Origin: Eledone cirrhosa
Lineage: Eukaryota
Reading direction: 5' to 3'
Assembly: GCA_964016885.1 (NCBI GenBank)
Contig: OZ024743.1
Location: 305,288,001 to 305,352,000 of the forward strand
Length of the DNA stretch: 64,000 nt
Shown here: positions 1 to 21,348 of the stretch, one piece after another
Layout of the letters: each line of letters starts with the position of its first letter
How positions within the stretch are numbered: position 1 is the first letter of the stretch
The notes under the pieces: generated by a model
The model's input: the letters and a program-made list of their open reading frames with translations, nothing else
What the model was told of the DNA's origin: nothing
The model's database searches: none
Made by a program: the position numbers and the translations under genes

Positions 1-3000
1 ACATCTCTGTTCTCTAAGGTGTATACACTGTACCTAGAGATATAGATATCTCTGTTCTTTAAGGTATATATACTGTACCTAGAGATATAGACTATCTCTA
101 TTCTCTAGGGTATATATACTGTACCTAGATATATAGACCATCTCTGTTCTTTAAGGTATATATAATGTACCTAGAGATATAGACCATCTCTGTTCTCTAG
201 GGTATATATACTGTACCTAGAGATATAGACCATATCTGTTCTCTAAGGTATATATACTGTACCTAGAGATATAGACTATCTCTGTTCTTTAAGGTATATA
301 TACGGTACCTAGAGATATAGACCATCTCTGTTCTCTAGGGTATATATACTGTACCTAGAGATATACACCATCTCAGTTCTCTAAGGTATATATACAGTAA
401 CTAGAGATATAGACCATCTCTGTTCTCTAGGGTGTATATACTACACCTATTTAGATATCTCTGTTCTCTAGGGTATATATACTGCAGCTATATAGACATC
501 TCTGTTCTCTAGGGTATATATACTGAACCTATATAGACATCTCTGTTCTCTAACGTATATATATTGCACCTAGACATATAGACCATCTCTGTTCTCTAAG
601 GTGTATACACTGTACCTAGAGATATAGATATCTCTGTTATTTAAGGTATATATACTGTACCTAGAGATATAGACTATCTCTATTCTCTAGGGTATATATA
701 CTGTACCTAGACATATAGACATCTCTGTTCTCTAGGGTATATATACGGTACCTATAGATATAGACTATCTCTGTTCTCTAAGGTATATATACTGTACCTA
801 GAGATATAGACCATCTCTGTTCTCTAGGGTATATATACTGTACCTAGAGATATAGACTATCTCTGTTTTCTAAGGTATATATACTGTACCTAGACATATA
901 GACATCTCTGTTCTCTAGGGTATATATACGGTACCTATAGATATAGACTATCTCTGTTCTCTAGTGTATATATACGGTACCTATAGATATAGACCATCTC
1001 TGTTCTATAAGGTATATATAGTGTACCTAGAGATATAGACCATCTCTGTTCTCTAGCGTATATATACTGTACCTAGATATATAGACCATCTCTGTTCTTT
1101 AAGGTATATATAATGTACCTAGAGATATAGACCATCTCTGTTCTCTAAGGTATCTGGAGATATAGACCATCTCTGTTCTCTAGGGTATATATACTGTACC
1201 TAGAGATATAGACCATCTCTGTTCTCTAAGGTATATATACTGTACCTAGAGATATAGACTATCTCTATTCTCTAGGGTATATATACTGTACCTAGACATA
1301 TAGACATCTCTGTTCTCTAGGGTATATATGGTGTACCTAGAGATATAGACATCTCTGTTCTCTAAGGTATATATAGTGTACCTATACATATAAACCATCT
1401 CTGTTCTCTAGGGTATATATACTGTACCTAGAGATATAGACCATCTCTGTTCTCTAGGGTATATAAAGTGTACCTAGGGATATAGACATCTCTGTTCTCT
1501 AGGGTATATATAGTGTACCTAGAGATATAGACATCTCTGTTCTCTAAGGTATATATAGTGTACCTATACATATAAACCATCTCTGTTCTCTAGGGTATAT
1601 ATACTGTACCTAGGGATATAGACATCTCTGTTCTCTAGGGTATATATAGTGTACCTAGAGATATAGACATCTCTGTTCTCTAGGGTATATATAGTGTACC
1701 TAGACATATAAACTGTCTCTGTTCTCTAGGGTATATATACTGTACCTAGAGATATAGACATCTCTGTTCTCTAGGGTATATATAGTGTACCTAGAGATAT
1801 AGGCGATCTCTGTTCTCTAAGGTATATATACTGTACCTAGAGATATAGACTATCTCTATTCTCTAGGGTATATATACTGTATCTAGACATATAGACATCT
1901 CTGTTCTCTAGGGTATATATAGAGTACCAAGAGATATAGACATCTCTGTTCTCTAAGGTGTATACACTGTACCTAGAGATATAGATATCTCTGTTCTTTA
2001 AGGTATATATACTGTACCTAGAGATATAGACTATCTCTATTCTCTAGGGTATATATACTGTACCTAGATATATAGACCATCTCTGTTCTTTAAGGTATAT
2101 ATAATGTACCTAGAGATATAGACCATCTCTGTTCTCTAGGGTATATATACTGTACCTAGAGATATAGACCATATCTGTTCTCTAAGGTATATATACTGTA
2201 CCTAGAGATATAGACTATCTCTGTTCTTTAAGGTATATATACGGTACCTAGAGATATAGACCATCTCTGTTCTCTAGGGTATATATACTGTACCTAGAGA
2301 TATACACCATCTCAGTTCTCTAAGGTATATATACAGTAACTAGAGATATAGACCATCTCTGTTCTCTAGGGTGTATATACTACACCTATTTAGATATCTC
2401 TGTTCTCTAGGGTATATATACTGCAGCTATATAGACATCTCTGTTCTCTAGGGTATATATACTGAACCTATATAGACATCTCTGTTCTCTAACGTATATA
2501 TATTGCACCTAGACATATAGACCATCTCTGTTCTCTAAGGTGTATACACTGTACCTAGAGATATAGATATCTCTGTTTTTTAAGGTATATATACTGTACC
2601 TAGAGATATAGACTATCTCTATTCTCTGGGGTATATATACTGTACCTAGACATATAGACATCTCTGTTCTCTAGGGTATATATACGGTACCTATATATAT
2701 AGACTATCTCTGTTCTCTAAGGTATATATACTGTACCTAGAGATATAGACCATCTCTGTTCTCTAGGGTATATATACTGTACCTAGAGATATAGACTATC
2801 TCTGTTTTCTAAGGTATATATACTGTACCTAGACATATAGACATCTCTGTTCTCTAGGGTATATATACGGTACCTATAGGTATAGACCATCTCTGTTCTA
2901 TAAGGTATATATAGTGTACCTAGAGATATAGACCATCTCTGTTCTCTAGGGTATATATACTGTACCTAGAGATATAGACCATCTCTGTTCTCTAGGGTAT

Positions 3001-3480
3001 ATATACTGTACCTAGACATATAGACCTTCTCTGTTCTCTAGGGTATATATACTGTAGATAGAGATATAGACAATCTCTGTTTTCTAGGGTATATATACTG
3101 TAGATAGAGATATAGACAATCTCTGTTTTCTAGGGTATATATACTGTACCTAGACATATAGACATCTCTGTTCTCTAGGGTATATATACTGTACCTAGAG
3201 ATATAGACCATCTCTGTTCTCTTGGGTATATATACTGTACCTAGAGATATAGACATCTTTGTTCTCTAGGGTATATATACTGTACCTAGACATATAGACA
3301 TCTTTGTTCTCTAAGGTATATATACTGTACCTAGACATATAGACCATCTCTTTTCTCTAGGGTAAATATACTGTACCTAGAAATATAGACCATCTCTGTT
3401 CTCTAAGGTATATATACTGTACCTAGAGATATAGACCATCTCTGTTCTCTAAGGTATATATATAACATACCTATAGACAT
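1..3480. repeat. 46-bp minisatellite (GTACCTAGAGATATAGACCATCTCTGTTCTCTAGGGTATATATACT)n, intronic; continues beyond the window start
   Basis: Unit recurs every 45-46 nt (e.g. 121, 167). A variant block at ~1-930 recurs at ~1940-2870 (offset 1939). The reverse-complement array is at ~39085-41300. Confidence 0.97.
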
Positions 3481-5712
3481 AGCTCATCTCTACTGTCTGT
3501 AATATAGATATTCTACCCTGTTCTCTAGGCTGTATAGTGTACCATAATTTTACCCTAAGGGATTGTGTTTGTGCATATTCAAACATTACACTCCTTGCAA
3601 CTTTCCTTTCTAATCTAGATATTACATGACTTCATGTATCTTTAGCTCAATCCCCTTGTCCACACTTTTTGAAATATAACTGCTGTCTCTACTAGTCCTT
3701 GAATTCATCAGTCAATTATTATTTTATATCAAGGATTTTTATCTCACTTTACACCTCAGTTGGTCACTTGAAAGTTCATGACTCTTCTTGACTTTTGTAT
3801 TCTTCCTTATTTGTACTGTATTCTTCCTTATTTGTACTCCTCCAATCTTACACAATCCTTGACTTGTCACAATAATTAGGACCGTCGAAAAATATATTTG
3901 ATTGACATGCAGCAACTTCAAACACCGTTGTTTTTTTCTCATTTGCAAGCCAAGTCCCTACTAAATCTTAACCATCTATGAACCTAACAGATCATTAGAC
4001 AATTCTACCCATAGCTTTTCACATACCATATTCTCTTTCATCTCATGAACATTATATCAATATAGAAGTTAGCAAACTTATCGGAGGGCTCCACTACTCT
4101 TGGCAATAATTGGGTTTCAAACTTGATCACAGTTAAATACAGATGTAACTGAAACTATTTCTTTTCTTTTGGCCTGTTCCATCACATCCGTCATCCACCT
4201 CAAAGTCATAGGCACAAATCACCTGAAATTATTCACACCTAAATATGCAGCTACACTTAAGTAAAGAATGCTGCTAGCAATTCCCCCAAAAAGCCACTCC
4301 TACCAACAAAATGACTACCATCCATAAAAAAAAATATGTCTTCAAGTATCACATAGCTTGCACATTCTTTCATCTCTTGAATTGTAACCAATTCTTATGG
4401 TTTCTTGCCCAACGAATTTCTACCAACTTAGTGGAACTTCCTTACCCTTCACTCCTCAACAATGTAAGCAGTACTCCTATGGATAACATTTCTATGTGCA
4501 TTATCTGACATGTATTCAACTCTACATTGTATACACTTTGCAAACATCAATAAAACATTATTTCTCCATTACAATAGTTTCCCTACTATGTATATGTATA
4601 TATACACGCCAGTTGGAAAGCCTTTATGTAGAAACTCAACTTGCAAGAAATAGCAGGTAAATCAGCTTCAAATCACATCCTATTGGGTTGAAAAAATGAT
4701 AAGCACATTGGAAGATGTAGTTTTTGATATACAAGATAAAAATGAGATAATTATTGCAATATCGAAGTTCATTTGGGTTTAAACTATAATAATAACACAT
4801 CAAGTAGGTAAACACCCAGCCTGTTCTATCATCCTTAAAACCTGCTCTTCAGAGCTTGACTCTATGCCAAACTCTTGAATAAATCCACAGGAATCTCTTA
4901 TGATCCTTGGAAATATGCTGTTGTTTGTCCTGCTCCCAAGAAGATAGCTCACTTTGATTTCACCAAATACTGATATATTTATTTCACTTTCAAAATTTCT
5001 TTTACAACTTGGATTTGAACAAACACTTTATGATGGCAGAAAGGTAAATGTATGAGCTGTAGAGCAATTTAGTTACATCTGTTCTCCAGGATATGATCTG
5101 AAGATCTAGAACTACATTATCCAGTGTGTCTCTAATTATTATGACTATTCTTAAGAATACAATATAGCAGCTTCAGTTGAATGAACAATAAATCCAGTTG
5201 GTAGAATGTATGTTCCAAGTGGGTGTCTCTGACCATTCTCCACAGTAATGCCTTTGTCTGTGGGGTGTGGCTGAGGCTCTGTTCAGACTGGGATGTAATG
5301 TCTGTTTCTTCCCCCTCTCCTTTTCTTTTATTTCTTGATCCCTTTTTTTCTTTACTTTTTTTCTTCCCATTTTTGTTCCCTTTAATAATGTGTTTTTTAT
5401 TAAATACTGCTCAATAATTTTTATACAATGTCAATGAGTTTTCCACGACGTTGTGAGATTTGGTATATTGAAAATATTTGTTTTTTTCATTTAAATTATT
5501 TTATAATAAAAATTCTGCCTTAAAAAAATAATATCTATTATGTGCCGTTTCTATCTGAGGATTATAATATGAAGACAAGTGGTAAAAATACTACTTGAGA
5601 CATTGCATCTTATGCAAAACATATAAAATGTGGAAAATTTACTGAAACAGAGATTGTGATAATTAAAAGATAGTTTATGAAGAGAAAAATTATAAAAACT
5701 GAAACTAATTAC

Positions 5713-14847
<9,135 letters not shown>

Positions 14848-15160
14848 CTGTAAAGAGTAAATATTCATTTATGTCTTAAATATTCCTTTATGTCATGTTG
14901 ATAGATATATCAACTATTTCAGAATGTTAGTATATGTGTTAATACTGTTGAATATAGCAGTGGTTAGTGTATGTTATATTATATCGTAAAGGTGATGATG
15001 ATGATGATGATGATTATGATATTAAGAATCTTGACATGAATATGCATATATGCGTATATATCTAGCTGAAACTTTACAATAAGAACAAAACATGCCGAGA
15101 CTTATCTCCCAAACTTATCATGGCGGAGTTCGCTACCCGCAAGTGCGAGCCCTGCAAAAT

Positions 15161-15485
15161 GGAATGGCTGTTACAGTATGTCTCCCTCGCCTTCCTCCGA
15201 GGCAATATCCTCTCCATCCTGTTCACTAGCACCATGAGGTGGAGTGGCTGTTCCTGTGTGTCTCCTTTGCCATCCTCCGAGGGAATATCTTCCCCATCCT
15301 CTCCCCCGGGACCACGAGATGGAGTGGCTGTTCTAGTGTGTCTCTCGAGCCTTGCTCCGAGGCAATATCTTCTCCATCATATCCCCCCCGGGACCACTAG
15401 GTGGAGTCACTGTTCCTGCGTGTCTCCCTTGTCATCCTATGAGGCAATGTCTTTTCCATGCTATTCACCAAAACCACGAGACAGT
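15161..15485. repeat. 80-bp GC-rich tandem repeat, about 4 diverged units (mirror ~27441..27765)
   Basis: GGAGTGGCTGTTC/GGAGTC starts near 15161, 15241, 15321 and 15403. Confidence 0.85.
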
Positions 15486-15594
15486 GATCAATATTAATAT
15501 ATGATCTAAGCTTTTATTATTTTCAATAAGTTATTGTTACCAAACCATTGTATCTCAGTATTATCAAATAATTGAACGTGTGTTTTAAAATGTG

Positions 15595-15875
15595 GATTCG
15601 CATGTCCTAGTGGTATGTTTATTGGACTTACGATGATAATATCGTATGTTTGATTCCTGGACTATGTTGTGTGTTGTGTTTTTGAACACATTACTTTATT
15701 CACGCTGCTCCAGTATACTCAGCTGAAAATGAGTACCAGTAATAGCTAGATGTTTGACCCTGCGATCGACTGGCGTGCTGTCCAGTGGAGATTCTTAAAC
15801 TTTCAGTCACTTAATACTATGGAAACTGGGATAATAGCCAGCTCAAGGAGCCTCCGAGCTCGAGACACACTTTAG
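15595..15875 (+). mobile_element. Diverged tRNA-derived SINE (mirror ~27055..27330 -)
   Basis: CATGTCCTAGTGG A-box remnant, GTTTGATTCC B-box, CTCCAGTATACTCAGCTGAAAATGAGTACC body. Confidence 0.7.
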
Positions 15876-16206
15876 ACATTTAGTTTAGAAACGATGAGAG
15901 GATTTTGAAAAGTATGAGAAAGTTATAATCTTCACATAACATTTTTACTTTAGAAAAGTAGTCTAAATAATAGGGTATATGGCCTCCTCAACGGAAAAAA
16001 GGAACATTTGCACCTGTGGTACTTACACTGTGGTTTGCTGGGCGGAAATACTACCATTATACTGAAGAGCATGTTACATTTTCTTCCGTTATTTCAAAAT
16101 TATATTGGTCATTAACTACTATCTTGTCATATATTATTTTGACTTTTTAATTTTCATATACCACTTCACACACTTAAATATACTATTATTCATTGTAATG
16201 CATTCA

Positions 16207-16271
<65 letters not shown>

Positions 16272-16280
16272 TACACGCAT

Positions 16281-16312
<32 letters not shown>

Positions 16313-16370
16313 GTAATACGGTGAAAGCTTATATTTCTAATTTCAAAGTCGCTCACTGTTTCAAAACATA

Positions 16371-16415
<45 letters not shown>

Positions 16416-16458
16416 AATTATAAAAAATAAACAAAGAAGCCTTCAATACATCAAAAGT

Positions 16459-16514
16459 CTTTATTAGCTGACAGTGTTCGTCCCATTAATAGGGACTCAT
16501 CAGAGCAAGTAAAG
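16459..16514 (-). ncRNA. Degenerate type-I hammerhead motif in a Penelope-like pLTR remnant (mirror 26326..26381 +)
   Basis: CTGATGA-GTCCC(tattaat)GGGAC-GAAC-act-GTC. The core has GAAC where GAAAC is canonical. Adjacent to 41-bp tandem repeats. Confidence 0.55.
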
Positions 16515-16635
16515 AGACAAGAAGTATTAACGGCCAGAACAAGCCAAAAGTAAAGAGACAAGAAGTATTAACGGCCAGAACAAGCCAAAAGTAAAGAGAC
16601 AAGAAGTATTAACGGCCAGAACAAGCCAATATATA

Positions 16636-16836
16636 TATGTATTGAAACAGTGAGCGACTTTGAAATTAGAAATGTAAGCTTTCACCGTATTTTTTACTAA
16701 ACATTTTTTTAGCCTGATAGTGGAGTTTAGAACCCTCAGAGAAATAGAAAAAGATGAGTATTGACGTACATGGGAGTCGAACCCACATCTTTGGTTATCC
16801 ATACCACTGTGCTACCATTAAACCGACACATCACCC
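16636..16836 (-). mobile_element. tRNA-derived SINE (mirror 25963..26160 +) with an inverted copy of its 3' 55 bp at 16316..16370
   Basis: A-box-like GGTTTAATGGTAG and B-box GGTTCGACTCC. No complete cloverleaf is evident. Confidence 0.7.
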
Positions 16837-17973
16837 ATCTACTTCCATTCAAATTAGAAGTTACATTCTCAGCAAGTAAATGTCAAGTAAGTATATATAT
16901 ATATATATATATATATTAACACTTTCAGCTATGATTATAATTCATTTAAACTCAACTACCTTGTTTATGTCCTTGATCAAAGCACTGAACGTATTCAGTT
17001 ATGATTTAAGACAAGACTATGAACTCTTCACTCTCCTCTCTCTATATTCTTGGACAAACAACTTATCTCTTCCTCTCCTATATGGTTGATTTCATTTGTG
17101 ACTTTCAACAAAATAATAACCTCTCCCAGATGTATCCTGTAGTAAAAATTCATACAATAAAATAACGGACTTTATTCTGACAAACAGAAAATACAAGTAT
17201 ATACATATATCGGTATAAGCAAGGCCGAAGTGTCTTCTGATACTCTTAATCATGCAATGTTCAGAAAATACCATGCTGGATGGGCGAAACATTGGAACAG
17301 ATTTACTACTATCTTGTTTCATCTTTCAAGCATCCAGTTATGAGAATCTCGACGGCGTTAGTGAAACATATATAATCCTTGAAATCCCGGAATAGAAACT
17401 ATAAGAAAAATTGAAGTGTCATCTAAAAACTGAAAGATTATGTTAACAGATTCAGGTGAGGATTACTTTGAACTATCGAAAATATATAAATATTTCAAGA
17501 CATAAAAGCCTCCAATTAATGACTGGATTTCAAAAGCGAAATATTTGCATACTGTCCTCATATTCGAAAATATTTGCTTGTTTCTTGGAAAACCTGTCCA
17601 CCTGAACACCAACCACATCAGCGAACAGAAAACTCATGTCAAATGATTTCACCCTTATCCATGACTTCCTTACATTATATACCCTTAGCTACCCAAAGAT
17701 TCACCCAACATAGAGTTCTACTTGGCTCTTAGTAATACCATTCTCTGGACCATTATTAACCAATGTATCCGGACTGAATGATCGATACTTCCTTTCAAAT
17801 ATTTTCAACTTTATATACACTCTTCTTCAAAAGTATACTATTCACTAACTAAACATTTGCCCAACATACAGCTCTTACTTTTCTCAGATCTAACAAATTA
17901 ATAACACAAAAAGAAGAGATGACATCCCTCATTCCTCAATTTTTCACAGATACCGTACAATTTTTGTAATTTC

Positions 17974-18022
17974 TTGCTGTATTTGCAATACATCTTGATA
18001 AGATGTATTGCAAATACAGCAA
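17974..18022. repeat. Perfect hairpin, 23-bp stem and 3-nt loop
   Basis: TTGCTGTATTTGCAATACATCTT-GAT-AAGATGTATTGCAAATACAGCAA. Confidence 0.95.
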
Positions 18023-18185
18023 TGTCTGAAAAATGCGGAGAGTATGTTAACTCAATAAAACTGTCTCGGATATTCTCAAAACAGATAGTTAGTCACTGAT
18101 GAAATTCCAACATACATATATACATATATTTATATATACATACATACATGCACACACATTCACACACACACACACACACAACGTG

Positions 18186-19162
18186 AAAAAACGAATTATA
18201 CGTCATTAATAGGAGCGGTGAAAAACAATTACGCGCAAAGACAGAACCACGTTTATGGTATAAAAGAGGTCGTAGACTAATGTTCTCTTCGGTGGTGCAT
18301 AGAGACGTTCTCTGGCAATGAACGAAAAAACGAAGATAATACGTCATAAGTTATATCCTAACGGATAGTACGATCTATACGTGGATATTTTACGTCTTGA
18401 TGTGGGAGCTAAGTATATGTTTTGTTTATTCCTTTACTAATGTGCATAGGTAAGTATATATTACCCGTATGTTTTGTGAAGGTACGTATACCTTCTCGTA
18501 CGTATATTTGATCGTTATGGCGTATAATTCTATATATTCTGGTACGTAGGGTTTGGCTATGTGTATACGGGAATTTTGCGTCCGTACGTATGGTGGGTGT
18601 GTGTATATGTGTACCTCTTGTTTTAGTTGACTTACGTCTCCGTACATTCGTGTATTTATATGTAGGTATGTGTGTGCGCTTGTTATAAACGTATTTGTTT
18701 ATTTATATACGTTTATATAATTATTTATTTATTTGTATACACGCATACACACACACATATTTATATGTGCGTGGTTTTGTATACCTATGGTAAGGTTTTG
18801 CGTATGCTTGTATATGTACGTATTTGTTTGAGTGTATGTATTTATTTATTTCTATTACTTCTGTATTGTATTTTTTTACTTTGTTCTTAACTCTATAGCG
18901 GAGAGTCATTCGGTCTCCTAGTTAGAATTTTAATCTACGGCTTCTGCTATACCATTTACGTGGTTTTGTCTTTGCGTGCTATTGTTCTCCACGGTCCACA
19001 TATGACGTATTATCTTCGTTTTTTCGATCATTGCCAGAGAACGTCTCTATGCACCATCTAAGAGAACATTAGTCTACGACCTCTTTTATACCATAAACGT
19101 GGTTCTGTCTTTGCGCGTAATTGTTTTTCACCGCTCCTATTAATGACGTATTATTCGTTTTT
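18186..19162. repeat. ~160-bp inverted repeat (18186..18348 / 19001..19162) with ~650-bp spacer
   Basis: ATACGTCATTAATAGGAGCGG...GATAATACGTCATA versus its reverse complement, with few mismatches. Confidence 0.92.
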
Positions 19163-19345
19163 CCCGTTCTTCGCCAGCGAACGTTTCCACGAACCAAAGT
19201 ATCGTCTTCCTGTCTTCCTCCGGTTGCAACGTTTTTTGAAATATCCAGTTCTGCGTTTACAGATTGACTTTGTTAGTTTCAGAAGATCCCGTTAAGGGTG
19301 AAAGCAGCGATTCTTTGCTTAAACTTTAATCTGTTATTTTAATAA

Positions 19346-19377
<32 letters not shown>

Positions 19378-19568
19378 ATATATATTTATTTATATATATA
19401 TATTTATTTATATATATATATTTATTTATATATATATATTTATTTATATATATATATATATTTATATATATATTTATTTATATATATATATATATTTATA
19501 TATATATTTATTTATATATATATATATATTTATATATATATTAATTTATATATATATATATATATATA

Positions 19569-19603
<35 letters not shown>

Positions 19604-19604
<1 letters not shown>

Positions 19605-19779
19605 CGTGGGAAAGTGAAAAATCGGAGAATAGACCGTTAAAACATGTTTATTTACTATATAAGGAACACTTGTGATTGTTTATGCCCTTGAGAAGCCCAA
19701 CTGGGCGAAACGTACGTAGGTGATATTTTAAATAAACATGTTTTAACGGTCTATTCTCCGATTTTTCACTTTCCCACGT
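19604..19779. repeat. Perfect 51-bp inverted repeat (19604..19654 / 19729..19779) enclosing a hammerhead motif, between (TA)n tracts
   Basis: ACGTGGGAAAGTGAAAAATCGG...GTTTATTTA versus TAAATAAAC...TTTCCCACGT. Confidence 0.95.
19681..19725 (+). ncRNA. Minimal type-I hammerhead ribozyme, U3-A8 core variant
   Basis: TTGAGAA (19688-94), GCCC aact GGGC, GAAA, C gtac G, TA. Palindromic stem III and GUA cleavage triplet; stem I is weak. Confidence 0.65.
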
Positions 19780-19942
19780 GCTTACGCTCTGCTAACTCTC
19801 TAGCCCACTAAATATTAACACTTCGAATATTTAATACTGCCGGCACTAGTATCGAGCACCTTTGGCATACGCTACTTGGCAAATAACTATATGTATCACC
19901 TATCCCTCCTTTTTTTTTCTCTCTTTCTCGATACGTAAATAC

Positions 19943-19973
<31 letters not shown>

Positions 19974-20022
19974 ATTTATATATATATATATTTATATATA
20001 TATATATTTATATATATATATT

Positions 20023-20053
<31 letters not shown>

Positions 20054-20102
20054 ATATTTATATATATTTATATATATTTATATATATATATATATTTATA
20101 TA

Positions 20103-20143
<41 letters not shown>

Positions 20144-20150
20144 TTATATA

Positions 20151-20202
<52 letters not shown>

Positions 20203-20225
20203 AATATATATATTTATGAATATAC

Positions 20226-20291
<66 letters not shown>

Positions 20292-21348
20292 GTAGGAGGA
20301 GAGTTTTATTGTAGTACAATAAAGCAATGCAGATATCGGATAAGAAGCACTCTACAGTTTGTAAGACTGGAGTATACATAATATAAGATCAAAAGATGGT
20401 TAAAGGAGTTTCATGTATTTTATTATGCGCATTTCAAAAACAAACATCATCATGCAATAATATTTGTGTTTTCATCAGATAAAACAGGAGAACATGATAT
20501 GAAGGCTAAAAAACACTTGTGGATAGTGCAGTTTTAAATCAACATATGAAAAGTGGTTTTAGATTGATGTGTGATATTGGGAAAAATATTTTATTTAGAG
20601 AGTGGGGGGGGGGGGAAGGATGAAAAAGGGGAGGAGATGAGAGTGAAGGTGGAGAGGGAGAGATGGGTGATAGAGAGAAAGAGATAGTTTTTATAACTGA
20701 GAGAAGATATATTGTTTTACATAGAGAGGTTGAAAACCGTTGGAAGATAATGTATAAATTAAAAGAATTTGAAAATTAACGAAGGGAAAAATATGTACGA
20801 GGAAAAAATATTTTATTTAGGGAGGGGGGGAGGATGAAAAAGGGGGAGGAGATGAGAGTGAAGGTGGAGAGGGAGAGATGGGTGATAGAGAGAAAGAGAT
20901 AGTTTTTATAACTGAGAAAAGATATATTGTTTTACATAGAGAGGTTGAGAACCGTTGGAAGATAATGTATAAATTAAAAGAATTTGAAGATTAACAAAGG
21001 GAAAAATATTTACGAGGAAAGAGAGGGAGTTTATGTATGAAGATAGAGAGAAAAAATAATAATTGCGGATGAATATTCTAACGTCAAAAAGGTGTATGTT
21101 GATAGGTATTGTGGCAATTTCAAAATTAACGAAGAGAAAAAATTATTAAGGTTTGTGTGTAGAAGGATTTGAGAAAAATAATGTGAAGTTAAAGTTTGTA
21201 TATTGAAGGAATTGATAATATGTGCGAAGAAAGAGTTAATATGTATTAACAAATTATTAAGGTTTGTGTATTAGATGATTTGAGAAAAATAATGTGAAGT
21301 TAAGGTTTGTATATTGAAGCAGTTGATAATATGTGCGAAGAAAGAGTT
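20292..21348 (-). mobile_element. Inverted pseudo-LTR / 3' region of the Penelope-like element
   Basis: 21013..21348 is the reverse complement of 23321..23656. It contains a ~220-bp tandem duplication (~20580-20805 / ~20803-21020) and a hammerhead. Confidence 0.85.
20418..20484 (-). ncRNA. Minimal type-I hammerhead ribozyme in Penelope pLTR
   Basis: Minus strand: UUUUAU-CUGAUGA-[16-pair stem II with 3 G.U pairs, 1 mismatch, GCAU loop]-GAAA-U gcgc A-UA-AUAAAA. All core nucleotides are intact and stem III is palindromic. Confidence 0.85.

Noticed and set aside
1-3480. CRISPR-like regular repeats (also the 31-, 38-, 41- and 80-bp arrays)
   Set aside because: Units are head-to-tail with no unique spacers, there are no cas genes, and the context is a eukaryotic intron.
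15120-15497. 125-aa ORF preserved in both arms
   Set aside because: Coincides with an 80-bp tandem repeat, antisense to the host gene, with no domain. Preservation simply reflects arm identity.
19274-19320. Hammerhead-like CAGAAGA-TCCC/GGGT-GAAA (and a similar remnant near 17260-17300)
   Set aside because: U4 is mutated and there is no proper NUH triplet or stem I; at most a decayed relic.
21314-21348. Start codon of the PLE ORF
   Set aside because: It is a TTG inside the inverted pLTR copy. The native N-terminus is lost, so an intact autonomous element is not claimed.
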